DNA of 55,157 nt from Vicugna vicugna (taxonomy: Eukaryota), in assembly GCA_013265495.1 (NCBI GenBank), contig MU057597.1, forward strand, positions 1 through 55,157, read 5' to 3'. A program made the position numbers and the translations under genes. Positions 10,140 to 22,750 of the stretch are shown here, piece after piece. Under the pieces are notes generated by a model, which was not told where the DNA came from, did not search any database, and worked only from the letters and a program-made list of their open reading frames with translations. Numbering within the stretch: the first letter of the stretch is position 1; each line of letters begins with the position of its first letter.

Positions 10140-12540
10140 CTCCATTCCTTGGAGGCTGTCTTTTCACTCTGTGGATTGTATCCTCTGGCACATACACGTT
10201 TCTGCATTTGATGCAGGTGAGGTTCCAGCTTCATTCTTTGGCTGGTGGAGACCAGCTTCCCGGCACCCTTTGTTACTGAGACCATCCTGTTCCCATGGTG
10301 TGGTCTTGGCTCCCTTGTCAGTACGTTCTGCATATATGCAAAGGATTCCTTCTGAGCATTATATTCTCTTCTGCTGTTTTATACGTCTGTTTATGCCAGT
10401 ATCGCACCATCTTGATTATAACATGTTCTGAATTCTAAAACAGTGAGGCATCCAGCTTGCTTCTTTTTCAAGAATGTTTTCCCTATTTGGGGTGCCTGCA
10501 GTTTCCATATGAATTGTAGCTTTTTTTTTTTCTATTTCTGAAAAAAAACTGCCATTGGGAATTTGGTAGGGTTTCCATTGAATCTGTAAAACACTTTGCA
10601 TAGACATTTTAACAATATTAAGTCTTCCTGTCCATGAGTAGTGGATGTCTTTCTGCTTTATATCTTTGATTTCTTTTAAAAACATTTCATAGTTTCCGGG
10701 GTAGAAGTCTCACAAACTCCTTTTTATTCCTGAGTTTATTCCTGAGAATTTCTTTATTTCTTTTCCTTCTTCTTTTTTTTTTTTTTGATGCTGTAGTAAA
10801 TAGGATTGTTTTCCAGTTTTCTTTTCAGATTGTTCATTGTGAGTATCTAGAAATGCAGCTGATTTTTGTGCATTGACTTTGTCTCCTGCAATTTGTCTAA
10901 CATTGTCTTTCAGTTGTAAGAATTTTCTTGTGGAATCTTTATGGTTTTGAACATACAAGATTTTGTCACCTGCAAAACAAAACTTCTCCAATTTGGATGG
11001 CTTTGATACATTTTTCTTGCCTGTTCTGGTTAGAATTTTCAGTGCTTTGTCGAACGGCAGTGCAGGGACTGTGCATCCTTGCCTTCCTGATCACAAAGGA
11101 AAACCTTTTGTCTCTCACCACTGAGTGTGATGTTAGCTGCGTGTTTTTCATATATGGCTTTCATCATGCTGAGGTACTTTACTAATGTTTTTGGTATTTT
11201 GAGTGTTTTTATCTTAAAAGGTTGTTGACTTCAGTTGAATGCTTTTTTGCATCCATTGAGATGATCATGTATTATCTTTTCCCTTCGTTCTATTACTGTT
11301 GTTTATTATACTGATTAATCTTTTCATTTGGAATCATCCTTGCAGGGTTTTTTATTTCTGCACCCGTCCCTCAAGTTACAATTCTGTTCACATTTTTTTA
11401 TTTCTTATTGATTAAGTCTTTGTAGGAATGTGTACATCTCTTCTAGGTTATGTAACTTTGGGGCATAAAATGTTTCATAGTACTCTTGCAGTCCTTTAAA
11501 AAGTTACTGTGATACCAGTTACAATATCTCTTCTTTCAAGCCTGATTTTAGTTATTTGACTGTTCTCTTTGTTTTTTCTTCCCTTAGTCTAGTAAAGGGC
11601 TTGTCAACTTTATAATCTTTTCAAAAAAACTAACCCTTGGTTTGTTGATTTTATATAATTTTTCTATATTTTCTGTTTTACTTATCCATGGTCTTATCTT
11701 TCTAATTTACCTATTTCTGCTAAATTGGGGTTCAGTTGTTCTTCTACTTCCTAGAGTTGTAAAAAGAGATTTCTGATTTGCCGCTTTTTCCCCTTTTTAA
11801 CGTAATCATTCAGCAGTGTAGCCTTCCCTCTTAGGGGCGCTTTTGCTGTAGCCTGTGACATTTGATGTGCTGTATGTTCACTTTTTCATCTAGATGTGTT
11901 AAAAGTTCCCTTGTGAGTTCTTTATCCTGTTGGTTATTTAAGAATGAGTTGTTTAATTTCCACATTTTATGAATATTTGTTTTCCTTCTCTTATTTTTTC
12001 TAGTCTCATTTCACCAAGGTTAGAGAAGATGCTTATTATGATCTCAGTCTTCTGAAGTTTGTTAAGATTTATTTTGTGGCCTATCATGTGGTCCATCATG
12101 GAGAATGTTCCGTGTTTGCTTGCGAAGCATGTGTTTCCCGCTGTTGAGTGCAGTGTTCTGTGCATGCGTGTTAGGTACGGTTGTTCTGTAGTGTGGTCAG
12201 GTGCTCAGGTTCCTTGTTGATCTTTTGTTTGGTTCTATCCGTACTACATAAAACTGGGGCACTGATGTCTCAGACTGTTGCTGTGCTGTTCTGTATGTCA
12301 TTTCTGTCAATGTTTGTTTCATATATTTAGAGGCTCTGATGTTAGATGTATAAATGTTTATAATTGTTACATCTTCATGGTGAATTGATTCTTTTGTAAC
12401 CATAATTTTTTTTTTTTGTCTCTTGTGACAGTTTTTGTCTTTAGTCTGTTTTATCTGATGCTCTGTATCTACCCCTGCTCTCTTTAGGGCAGAATATCTT
12501 TTTCCCTTTTGTCACTTTAATCCTATTCATGTCCTTAGAT
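10140..12540 (-). mobile_element. Old L1 ORF2 fragments (EN/RT region)
   Basis: Minus-strand peptides WTGRLNIVKMS, FAGDKILYVQN...VNAQKSAAFL, HGTFSMMDHMIGHKINLNK, TIINIYTSNIRASKYMKQTL. Confidence 0.9.
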
Positions 12541-13589
12541 TTGTGAAATGTAACATTTCCAGCACTTTGACACTCTCTGTCGCTCACTCTCAGTTTTTTC
12601 CCCCTTTAACTACTTCTGCTGGTCCTGGCTCAGACATCATGTACACTGGTGAATGGCAGAAACTCTGGCCACTGTAATTTCAGAGGAAATGCATCCAGTG
12701 TTTTCCGCTGATCATGAAGTCTGGAGAAATATTTTTGCTTAGTGATAGTTTTTTTCCCCTGATTTCCTTTTTTTCCTGTCATGATTTTTAATTATGCAAG
12801 AATTTTTTAAAGTATCTATTACTGTGATAAATTTTTTAACTTCCTCTGTTAAATTTTTGTCTAACACTGATAACTTTACTAATCTTGATTTGACATTTTA
12901 TTAATGGAATACACAAATTAATTCTGACTTTTGTTAATAACTACATACCTAAAATTAAGGAAGGATAAAATGGTATTATTTAGAATATAGGTATTTATAC
13001 AGATTGGAGTTATTGTGTTCTATATATTTTTTCATATTTGTACTAGTTTTTTTTTTTACTGGCCTGATATAGAATAATGCTGACAAACTAACAAGTACAG
13101 CCGATCCATTTTCATTGTCCCAAAGATGCTGAAATACACATGATTAAAAATGATAATGAAAAAACTGTCCAAAAATGTGTCAAGAGGCAACTCCTCTCAT
13201 TTCAGTTAAGTGTGTTTACATGTGTGTACCTGAGTTCATGGATGTGCAAGTCCATGAAGGCATTATCATTTAATAAATATATTTTATCTTTTTTAGCAGT
13301 TGAAATTACATGTTAAATATATTCCATGGCCTTAAATTTTTTCTACCACTATCACAAGAATGATTTAAACAGTAGTAAGATGACTGACATAGTGTCTGTG
13401 TGTGTGTGTTGTGTATGTGCACGGTGACCTTTCCTGCTGTTCCATGAACCTCAGCCTCCTTGAACTGGCTCCGGGTTTCTCAGGGCGCCCTCTGTCAGTG
13501 GGCCTTTACACTCTGCCACTTGGCTGTTTGACTCCTACGTTGAATTCTAACGCCCGGATGCTTGCTGTGACATTTCTTAGCTGTTCGGT

Positions 13590-13740
13590 CTGAGGCGATT
13601 CCTTAGAGTGTCTGTGGCAGTTTTGTCCTCTGTACGATGGGAACAGATCTTTCTTTCATGAGCTGTTATTTTGGTAACAGGTCCATCTGTGTAAAGCTTG
13701 TAGAGTGACGCTTAGCATGTAGGAGGAGGTCAAGTCATTG
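13590..13740. mobile_element. MIR-like fragment
   Basis: cagttttgtcctctgtacgatggga...gtaaagc...gcttagcatgtagg resembles the MIR core. Confidence 0.45.
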
Positions 13741-14137
13741 CTGTCATCATCACAATTTCAGATCTGCCTTTTTTTTAAAGCCACTGTGGCCTTTGTCATC
13801 CCTGAAGACACCACTCAGACCACAGCTCACCTAGATACTGAATATCACTCAGTGTGTAGAATGTCACATCTTAACACTTCTGTGCAGATAACCCAGTGTT
13901 GGGTTTTATTTGTCTATATTTTATGTATTGTCCGTAAAAGAAATCGACATTGATTTGGAGGATATCATAATGTCTTATGAAAAAGCATAAGAAATGATAA
14001 TTAGAAAACCAAAATTTGCTCCAAGTACCTTTGCATGGCTCTGTCAGAGCACACACTTCAACCAAGTCAGTCCTTACCCCTCTCTCCTTTTCTCATTTTG
14101 TGTGAAAATAAGAACTCTGGTCATGGCCCCGTGCTGA

Positions 14138-14356
<219 letters not shown>

Positions 14357-14745
14357 TGACTGTGCTCGGAGCCCTGTTGACTCAGACACGAAAAGCTTTG
14401 CAACTGAGCATCAGGGATTTGAGTCTTTCCTTCAGGGGACCTGCCCTCCTCATGATACACCAGGATTTGCTCCAGAGCTTAAGCATTTATAAAGCTGATT
14501 TCAAACTTTTGAAGTATCCAATTCCCTGTCTTCCACACCTAGGCTCTAATTCTGTCGTTCTTGGAAAGGAACTAGATGACTGAATATCATGCTGCTCCCT
14601 CTGCACGCAGAAGGAGGCGAACAGTGGGTGAATTTGTGAAATATTTTTCCCCACCCAACTGTCATGTCCTCACTCCTCAGCTGAACAAAGAGCTGGGATT
14701 CTGGAAAAGCCACAGCACGTGGCGTCTCTTTCTTCTTCTGAGCAG

Positions 14746-14878
14746 GAATTTCTGTTTCTCATCTGAATATTATCTCTATTTTGGAGCAAGAGAAAGAGCC
14801 CTGGACTGTGGAGAGTGGGGTGAAAATAGCAAAAACCAAATGCGTGGGAATGGGAACGCACCAACGTTGTGGACCCAG
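14746..14878 (+). CDS. KRAB-B exon (133 nt, probable frameshift)
   Basis: gagcag| GISVSHLNIISILEQEKEPWTVESGVKIAK... |gtcagc; LEQxKEPW motif. Confidence 0.85.
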
Positions 14879-16263
14879 GTCAGCTCTCAGAAGGGCAGAG
14901 AGGAAGCCACAGCATTGATAGTGTCTGAGAAACTCGCCCCACATTGGAGAGTTCTATGAGAAAACAGAAGTTTATTCTCAACTCTCAGAGGAAACGTTTC
15001 TTCTCCCCAGCTTACCACTCTGTCCTTGAACATGCGAAATGTGAGCTTTCACCCTCCAGGGGCGCTGCAGCCCTCTGCTCTCTGCCCCCTGTCAACCTTG
15101 CTGCTTGACTTGGAGGCACGGGGGATGGATGGGCTGTTTGGAAGGGGTCTCCTTCCATCCTTGTCTCTCCTGTACTTGATTCCACTGGCTGTCCAGTTCT
15201 TGGTCTGTATAGGTCGGAGCTGACACCTCCAGAGAGCCCTGATCCCTGGGCTGATCCTGATTCCATCCCAGTTTGCTGTGCATTAAAGACCTAAACAGGA
15301 GGTGGGAAAGCACTGGCTGCTCTCTGATTCCACCTGGCACCTCAGACCCTGCACGGAGCTGCCCAAGCGCTGTCTGCGGCTCCGGTCCCTTAGCTATTTC
15401 TTCTGTTACTGCTGTGCCCCAGCCTTCAGGGGGTTGTGTAAAGGGGCAAAGAGTGGGATCTCCTGTACTTGTTCCTTAGGAAAACTGTAAAGACAGTGGA
15501 TGGAGAGAGTGTCTTTGACCCCCAGTCCTCCGTGGGGAGCATATATGAATCAGGCTCCGAGCTTGGCACCTGTGGGTAGAGCGCAGGGTCCCAGGTCAAG
15601 GTTACACAGCGTCTGACCCCCCATATCCTGCCTTTTTCTCGCTCTTGCACCTGTTTGTCCAGTCGGGGCTTGTAGTCTCTTCCTGATAGCGTACTCTCTT
15701 AAACTGGCATGATTTTGCCTTTGGAACTTGCTTTTGAAATATACTTCGTAGGGTCTAAAATTTTACCCTATTTTTAAATTTTATTTTATTTTTTGCTCTG
15801 ATAAGCCACCTTTAGGTGATGAACATCTTCTGGTGGCCTTTCCTGTGGAATGAGTATGCTTGGTAACAGAACGTTCTTGGTGGAGAATGTTTTCACTGGC
15901 GCTTTGCAGTGTTATTCCGCCACATACAGAAGCACGACGAAGCTGCTCAGTAGGGAGGTCAGCGTTTCTCAGGACACTGAGGTAGAAGTTCTCATGAGAG
16001 CCTGACTGAGAAGTGTTTCTAGTTTCCTTCTGGTTTTGAGAAATGTCACAAAAGCATGTCTCAAGGGCTCTGTGACAGTCTTGTTTACATATACTAACGG
16101 TCATTCCTTTTGAGAGTCAATAAATGGTATAAGAATTTCTCCTAGGGTCAACACTGTCCAAGTTCATGTCTGCAAATCTTTGAGGCTGTTGGCTAAACTT
16201 GTTCTTGCCACATTTTTCGTGCCCTATGTGTGTCACTTGTCATTCTACTTCAAGAAATACAGT

Positions 16264-16584
16264 GGTTTTGTTTTTCAGTTGAAGTATATTCAGTTATAGT
16301 GCATCTGTTTCTGGTGTACAGCTTACTATCCCAGCCATGCATAGATGTACATATATTTGTTTTCATATTCTTTTTCACTAAAGGTTATTACAAGATTTTG
16401 AATATAGTTCCCTGTGCTATACCGAAGAAATTTGGTTTTTTAATCTATTTATATATATTTTGGTTATCAATTGCAAATCTCAATCTCTCAAATTTATCCA
16501 TCCCACTATCTTTCCCCCAGTCACTGTAAGATTGTTTACTATGTCTGCGAGTCTGTGTTTTGTAGAGGAGTTCATTAGTGTCCT
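16264..16584 (-). mobile_element. 5'-truncated L1 with TSD
   Basis: 12-bp TSD AAGAAATACAGT (16252-16263, 16585-16596); T-rich tail at left. Confidence 0.9.
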
Positions 16585-16849
16585 AAGAAATACAGTTTTG
16601 AAGCATCTTAATGAGGGAGCTTATAAGCTGAATGGTGCCGCCAGTGAAAGCACTGTAATTTGCTTTGTTTAAGTCACTGCTACTTTTGTTTGGCACATTG
16701 CTATGCATTATAGATGAACTTGATTTGTATTTATTTAATTGTTAGGGCCATATTTTTGATGGTACTCTTTGTGTTCTTTGTTTAATATCTGCAGTGTGTG
16801 GGAAGATTGAATTGGGGAATGGCCCCCTGCCATGGTAGCCAGACCCTTT

Positions 16850-17940
16850 TAGAGTTTTTCGTATATTCTCAATATTAACCTGTTGTCAGATATATTATGT
16901 GCACATATTTTCTACCATTCCATATATTGTCTTTTGACTCTGCTGTGTATGCTTTGATTTACAATAGCTCATAATTTCAATGCAGTCCGGTTTATTTGTT
17001 TTCACTTTTGTTACCTGTGCTTTTGCAGTCATATCTGACCAGTCGTTGTCAAATCCAACATAATGAAATTTTCCTGTTTTTTTCTTCTAGGAGTTTTATA
17101 GTTTTAGGTGTTACGTTTAGGCATTTTGTCCATTTTGAATTAAATTTTGTATATGGTGTAATGTAATGGTCCAACTACATTCTCATGCGTGAGGAGGACA
17201 TCCAGTCTCAACACCTTTTATTGAATGGACTGCCCTTTTTCTTTCGAGTGGTCTTAACGCCCTTGTCAAACATCATTTCACTGTATGTGTGGGAGTTCAT
17301 TTGTGATGTGTCTGTTCTGTTCCACTGGTCTTTCTTTCTGTCTTTGAGCCAGTACCACACTGTTTTGATGAGTAGTAGCTTTGTAATACATTTTGAAATA
17401 TGGAAGTATGAGACCTCAAACTTTGTGGTTTTTAGCTTATTTTTGCTATTTGGGGTCTCGAGATTCCATGTGAGTCTTAAGATAAATTTATCTCTTTCTT
17501 CAAAAAATGCTATTGGGATTTTGCCAGGGATTGCTTTGAATCTGTTCATCGTGTTTGGTAGTACTGACAGCTAGACAATATTGTCTTCCAGTCCATGAAC
17601 TTGGGATATCTTTGCATTTATTTGCATCTTTTCTAATATTTTTCAGCAGTGTTTTTAGATTACAGTGTATAGATCTTCACCTTTTTGACTAAGGTTTTGC
17701 CTAAGTGCTTATTCTTTTTGATCCTATTGTGAATGGAATTGTTTTCTCAGTTTTCTTTCTGATTGTTCATTATTAATGTGTAGAAACAATTGATTTTTGC
17801 ATGTTGATTTTATATCATAATTTTTCTGAATTCACTCATTAGTTACATCAGGTTCTTTTGGCAGAATCCCGTGAGTTTTCTACATGTTAGATTATGTTGG
17901 CTCTAAGTAGATAATTTTGCTTATTGTTTCTGTCTCTTTG
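16850..17940 (-). mobile_element. Old L1 ORF2 fragment
   Basis: Peptide RFKAIPGKIPIAFF...KTVWYWLKDRKKDQWNR; same insertion present in the inverted paralog at 52.4-53.3 kb. Confidence 0.9.
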
Positions 17941-18029
17941 TTTCCCCCTTTTTTCCTTTTTAAAATTCTTATTTATATGATAAACCAGGATATCTTTTTG
18001 TACACTTCTTTGTATTTGGGTTTTTTTTT

Positions 18030-18680
18030 CCCCAGATATAATTAACATGTAACATGGTATAAATTTAAAGTATATGATGATTGATACACATATATATTTT
18101 GAAACAATTACCACAATAGGATTCTTAAGACATCCATCTACTCACATAATGACAAGTTTTTTTAACATGGTAGAATATGTAAGGTCTACTGTCTTTGTGT
18201 GAGAGGGTGAGCTATGAGCGTCCTTCTACTCCGCATCTTGGCCCCTCTCGTAAGGTCTACTGTGTTAACAACTTTCACGTATGTAGTACAGTATTCGTGT
18301 TTGTAGTCACTGCTGTAAATTAAGTCCCCAGAACTGATTCATCTTAGAACTTGAAGTTTATTATTCTTGACTGACATCTCCACTTTCTTCCCTGGTAACT
18401 ACTATTGCACTGTTCTATTACTTTGGTTTCTTTTTTCTTTTTCTTTCTTTCTTTTTTTATTTTCACTGATTTACATATAGGTGAGTTCATGCAGTACTTG
18501 CTTTCCCTCTGGCTTATGTTACTTGGCATAATCCCCTCAAGGTCCATCCATGGTGTTACGAATAGCAGGATTTTGTTATTTTTTAAGGCTGAATAATATT
18601 CCCTTGTGTATATATAATAGTTTTTGAATATTTAGTTGGACCCTTAGGTTGTCTCCATGTCTTAGCTGTTGTGATGTAGG
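18030..18680 (-). mobile_element. Old L1 3' UTR fragment
   Basis: MDLEGIMPSNISQ-type L1 3' motif; aggtccatccatggtgttacgaatagcagg. Confidence 0.75.
18193..18249 (-). mobile_element. 57-bp insertion resembling an L1 5' terminus, with 14-bp TSD
   Basis: GTAAGGTCTACTGT duplicated at 18179-18192 and 18250-18263; insert reverse complement gagaggggccaagatgcggagtagaaggacgc. Confidence 0.7.
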
Positions 18681-19560
18681 TTCAAGATACTGAATGTAGT
18701 TCCCCGTGCTCTACAGTAGAAACTTGTTTATCTATTACATCCCATTTGTGTATTGTTATTTTGTCTGTGACCCTAGCTAACACATTTTTAAAGCACACTC
18801 GATTACATATATGTTGGGGCCAGTGAACAGGGTAATGTAAGGTTACTGTATAGATAGGGAATTGCTATGTTGAATGGCTATTATGTAAGCAGAGAATATT
18901 TCATTTATTAATTTTTATTTTGATTTACAGATGATGGTCTTTCAGTATGTATTTTACAAGACAACTGGCATGAACCCCTTGTTAATATCATAAAATGCCT
19001 GCTCTTCATGGGTTCAGATAGATTTATAACAGGTTTTTAGAAACCTTTTGTTTTTTAAAAAATGGTTTTAAATGAACTACTTTCTCAATGCTATATATGT
19101 TGTAAAGTTCTAACTGACACCTTTTTACATTATTCATTAAATAGCTTGTTTTGGATTATTTACCATTATAATTTATTGTCTGTTCTTTGGCATTTAATTA
19201 TGTACAATAAGTATGCATAAACTATGTATAATATAATATTTTTTCTCCTCAATTATGAGACAGCAGAGTGTTTACTGCCAATTCCAGTGTGCTTTGGGTC
19301 CTGGTAGAAAAATATCCTTTCTCTAAGGGCTGACATAGTTTGCACTACATGAATGTTTTTGTCCTAGGGTATTTGAAACTAGGCTACCCTGCAATTAATT
19401 TGAATTACAAATTATTTATTTATTAAAGATTCCTATTCCATTAGCATTCCTTAAATTTTGAAGATCACCATTGGAAAGTTTCATAACTCTGTTCAGGATG
19501 GGTATTATTTTTGGTGTAAATATGTTTTTAACATAAAGTAACTTATGTTTGGGTGCCACT

Positions 19561-20269
19561 TGCTGTGTCCAGCGCAGTTTAGGACCATGTCTGAGGACAG
19601 GCAACCCAAGACTTAAGAAACAAAGAGACAAAGTAAAGAGCAAAGATGGGACCAGGGAACTCAAGATCTCGTGGATTTAAAGTGCCAAAAGCCTGGTCGA
19701 CATTATATTTATTAGGAGTACACAGCTCAAAAAAAAATGCGATCAAAGAGGTGGGGCTTTAGATATTCCAGGCGATAAGCAGTAGGTTCTGCTTGCTGGT
19801 TAGCTGATTAATTTCAGGTCTGTCTCTTCCGGGAACAGTCACCCTCCTCGGGGTTTGCAACACTTCTAAGTCTATCTTGTTATTGCCCCTGGGACATCTC
19901 GAGATAGCAGATACTCCCCCTGGGTTAAACTGCATGCTTTCGTGCCAGAGCAAAGTTCTGTTAATGGATGACTGGCTTTCCAGGACCGTCCATTGTTTAC
20001 CCTCGGAAACAAATGCCCTCGTTCGTGCCCTTATGGTCAATGTCAGGATTGCCCCTCACAAATTTTCTTTAGCACAATACATGCTATAGGTCATCTACTG
20101 CGTAAAACATTAAAACAAAGCAAGCATGTGCATTTTAAGCAAGTGTGAATATAACATTTTAAGCTCATGGAAATTTAGGTGCGGCTTGTTTTCTAGCTGC
20201 TTGTTTTCCAGCAGGTTGTTTCCCAGCAGATAAACATTACTAAGCTGTTTTATAAAGCAGTATCCCACA
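19561..20269 (-). mobile_element. ERVK-like LTR with residual tRNA-Lys-like PBS
   Basis: Minus strand starts TGTGGG and ends CAGCA; AATAAA (plus TTTATT 19708-19713); TGGCACCCAAACA at 19558-19546; related copy at 49315-50035. Confidence 0.8.
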
Positions 20270-20607
20270 GGGTGTTGAAGTGTTGATTTCAGATATTGCT
20301 ATTGAGCAATATGTTGCATGGTTGATTTTCAACTGTAGTGAAATTTCTTGTTTCTTCTTTTTAATGTGATTCTTTCTTACATTTATTTTCTTCTTCCACA
20401 CGATGTGATCCACATTATATATTTAACTTACATTTTCCCCGTTTTACACAAAAGGATACATAAATCAGTGTGCTGTGAGATTTTTGTGACATGAAGATGC
20501 ACATAAGACAATAACAGGTCCAAAGTAAGTGTGCTAGAAACATGAAGAGTTCCTTCAGGTCTTTATTCAATGAAATACCTGGAAAGACATGAGGTGGTGA
20601 ATGGAAT

Positions 20608-20900
20608 CTTTTTCTTTTTAATTGAAGTATAGTTGATTTACAATGTTGTGTTAGTTTCTGGTGTGCAGCATAGTGATTCAGTTGTACATATATATGCCTT
20701 TTCATATTCTTTTTCATTATAGGTTATTACAAGAGTACAGTTCCCTGTGCTGTACAGTAGGACCTTGTTGTTTATTTTATATATGGTAGTTTGTATCTGC
20801 TAATCCCAGGCTCCTAATTCATCCCTTCCTCCTTTCCCCTTTGGTAACCATAGCTTGTTTCCTATCTCTGTGAGTCTGTTTCCGTTTGTAAATAAGAACT
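20608..20900 (-). mobile_element. L1 3' end fragment
   Basis: ttttaattgaagtatagttgatttacaatgttgtg...ggtaaccatagcttg; absent from the inverted paralog. Confidence 0.85.
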
Positions 20901-21877
20901 GAAATACTTTAATGTGGGAGTTGGCTATGATCAGGTGCTTGAAAATCAGGTGTGTGGAGATTAATAGGCATGCAGTGAAGTTACTGAAAATATAATGATG
21001 AATAAGATGGAAAGTCCCCAAGACTCCAACTATAGTTTGTGGCAAGGAGATCGTCTCCACTGCCAAATGGCCAGAGGCTACTTTGCCCTTTCCCAGTGAC
21101 CTGGTCACATCCAGAGCTGGTGGAACTTGCAGGGAAAGTGATGTTTGTGCTACTTTTATCATGGCAACCGGCACCTAGTATCCTCCACTTAGAACTTGTT
21201 CCTATCCCAGAGTAACAAGTAGATTTCTGTTAATAAATGATCTTAATTTTGATATTATCTTTTATATTATACTTTGAGTAAGAGTCACGGCTTTAACGCT
21301 TTATGTGCGTTAATTGATTGAACCTTCCACTCTCTAAGCACTGATGTTATTTTTATTTATTCTTTATTTTTTGTATTCACCCAGTGACTGGGTGAATAAT
21401 ACATGAAGAGAAATTGTCATTGAAACTCAAAGGTCACATTCTTCTAAACACAAATTTTCTACATAACTTATTCAGATAATTACCTCGGTCTCTGTATTTT
21501 TCCCTTGTAGATGATGTCAACCATATAGTTAAAGGAAAGCTATCTTAATGCAACTTACAAATTGTCTATGTTATGAAACTTCTAACTTATTCTGGGCTAA
21601 GCAAATAAGCCTGTAGGTAAGACTGAGTGCTGTGCATACGGCTTGCTCTGCAGTAGAATATTGGTTGAATGTCGCCTGGGGACGTGAGGAAGATAACAGG
21701 GGCTCAAGACAGTACAACTAAAATACTTAGTTTTGGAAGGAGGTAGTGTTAGATTCTAACTCTCCCATGGCACCTAAGCTCCTTTTCTGATCTATAAAAT
21801 GGACTGTGAATGTTCATTTATTTGCTGTTAGGTCAAATGGGTGTGACTGAATAGTTGTTTTCATACAGTAAAGTACT

Positions 21878-22275
21878 GTAGGAATCACCTGGGCTCTTAA
21901 AATGCAGATCCTTAATTAATATGTCTGGAGTGAAGCCTGAGATTCTACATTTCTTTCTTTCTTTCTTTTTTACATTTTTTTTATTGATTTATAATCATTT
22001 TACAATGTTGTGTCAAATTCCAGTGTAGAGCACAATTTTTCAGTTATACACGAACATATATATATTCATTGTCACATTTTTTTCTCTGTGAGCTACCATA
22101 GATCTTGTGTATATTTCCCTGTGCTGTACAGTATAATCCTGTTATCTGTTCTACAATTTTGAAATCCTGTCTATCCCTTCCCACCCTCCGCCCCCTTGAG
22201 ATTCTGCATTTCTAATAGGCTCCCAGATGGTATCTGTGCTGCTGCTGAGGGGTCACACTTGGAGTAGCAAGGGCC
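21878..22275. mobile_element. MER5A-like hAT element interrupted by L1
   Basis: gaatcacctggg...aaaatgcagat...gagattctgcatttctaa...cacacttggagtagcaagg. Confidence 0.7.
21955..22196 (-). mobile_element. L1 3' end with TSD
   Basis: 17-bp TSD TGAGATTCT(A/G)CATTTCT at 21938-21954 and 22197-22213. Confidence 0.9.
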
Positions 22276-22544
22276 TAAACTGGAGAATGCGCTTCTTCAC
22301 CGGTTTGCTCAGAGGCAAGGATTAAAAAGTTTGATCTACAGGTGGGGAAGTCGGGGGTGCAGTCCTCATCTAGCTTTTCGCAAAATGAGTGTCCGTTATG
22401 CATTCAACCCTGGGGATCGTCATTCAGGAGAGCAGTCACTGCCCTGCCCTTACGGAGTTCCCAACCTGACCAGGGAGCCAGACATTCAGCAAAGAATGAC
22501 TCAGCTTAAAAAGCTCTAGGGGAGGGGAAAAAGCTCACTACACA

Positions 22545-22750
22545 AAGGCGCCCCCTGCTGGAGCCTAGACCCGGCCGTTGGCCCCTAGGCTCCTGGGCTT
22601 GCCGGCCCGAGGCCTGCTGTCCGCTCCGCTGATTGGCTGGCAGGACCGGCTTCCAAGCCTAAGAAGGTGAGGCTCGGGCTGCCCGGTAACCGCCAGGCGA
22701 GGCCGCGCCCTAGGGCGCTTTCCGCTCGTCCTTCCTGTAGGCGACGTGAG
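22545..22750 (+). promoter_or_regulatory. Small CpG-rich element with CTCF core, CCAAT box and candidate donors
   Basis: GCGCCCCCTGCTGG (CCAGCAGGGGGCGC on minus) at 22548-22561; CTGATTGGCT near 22629; donors AG|GTGAGG and AC|GTGAGT. Confidence 0.6.
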
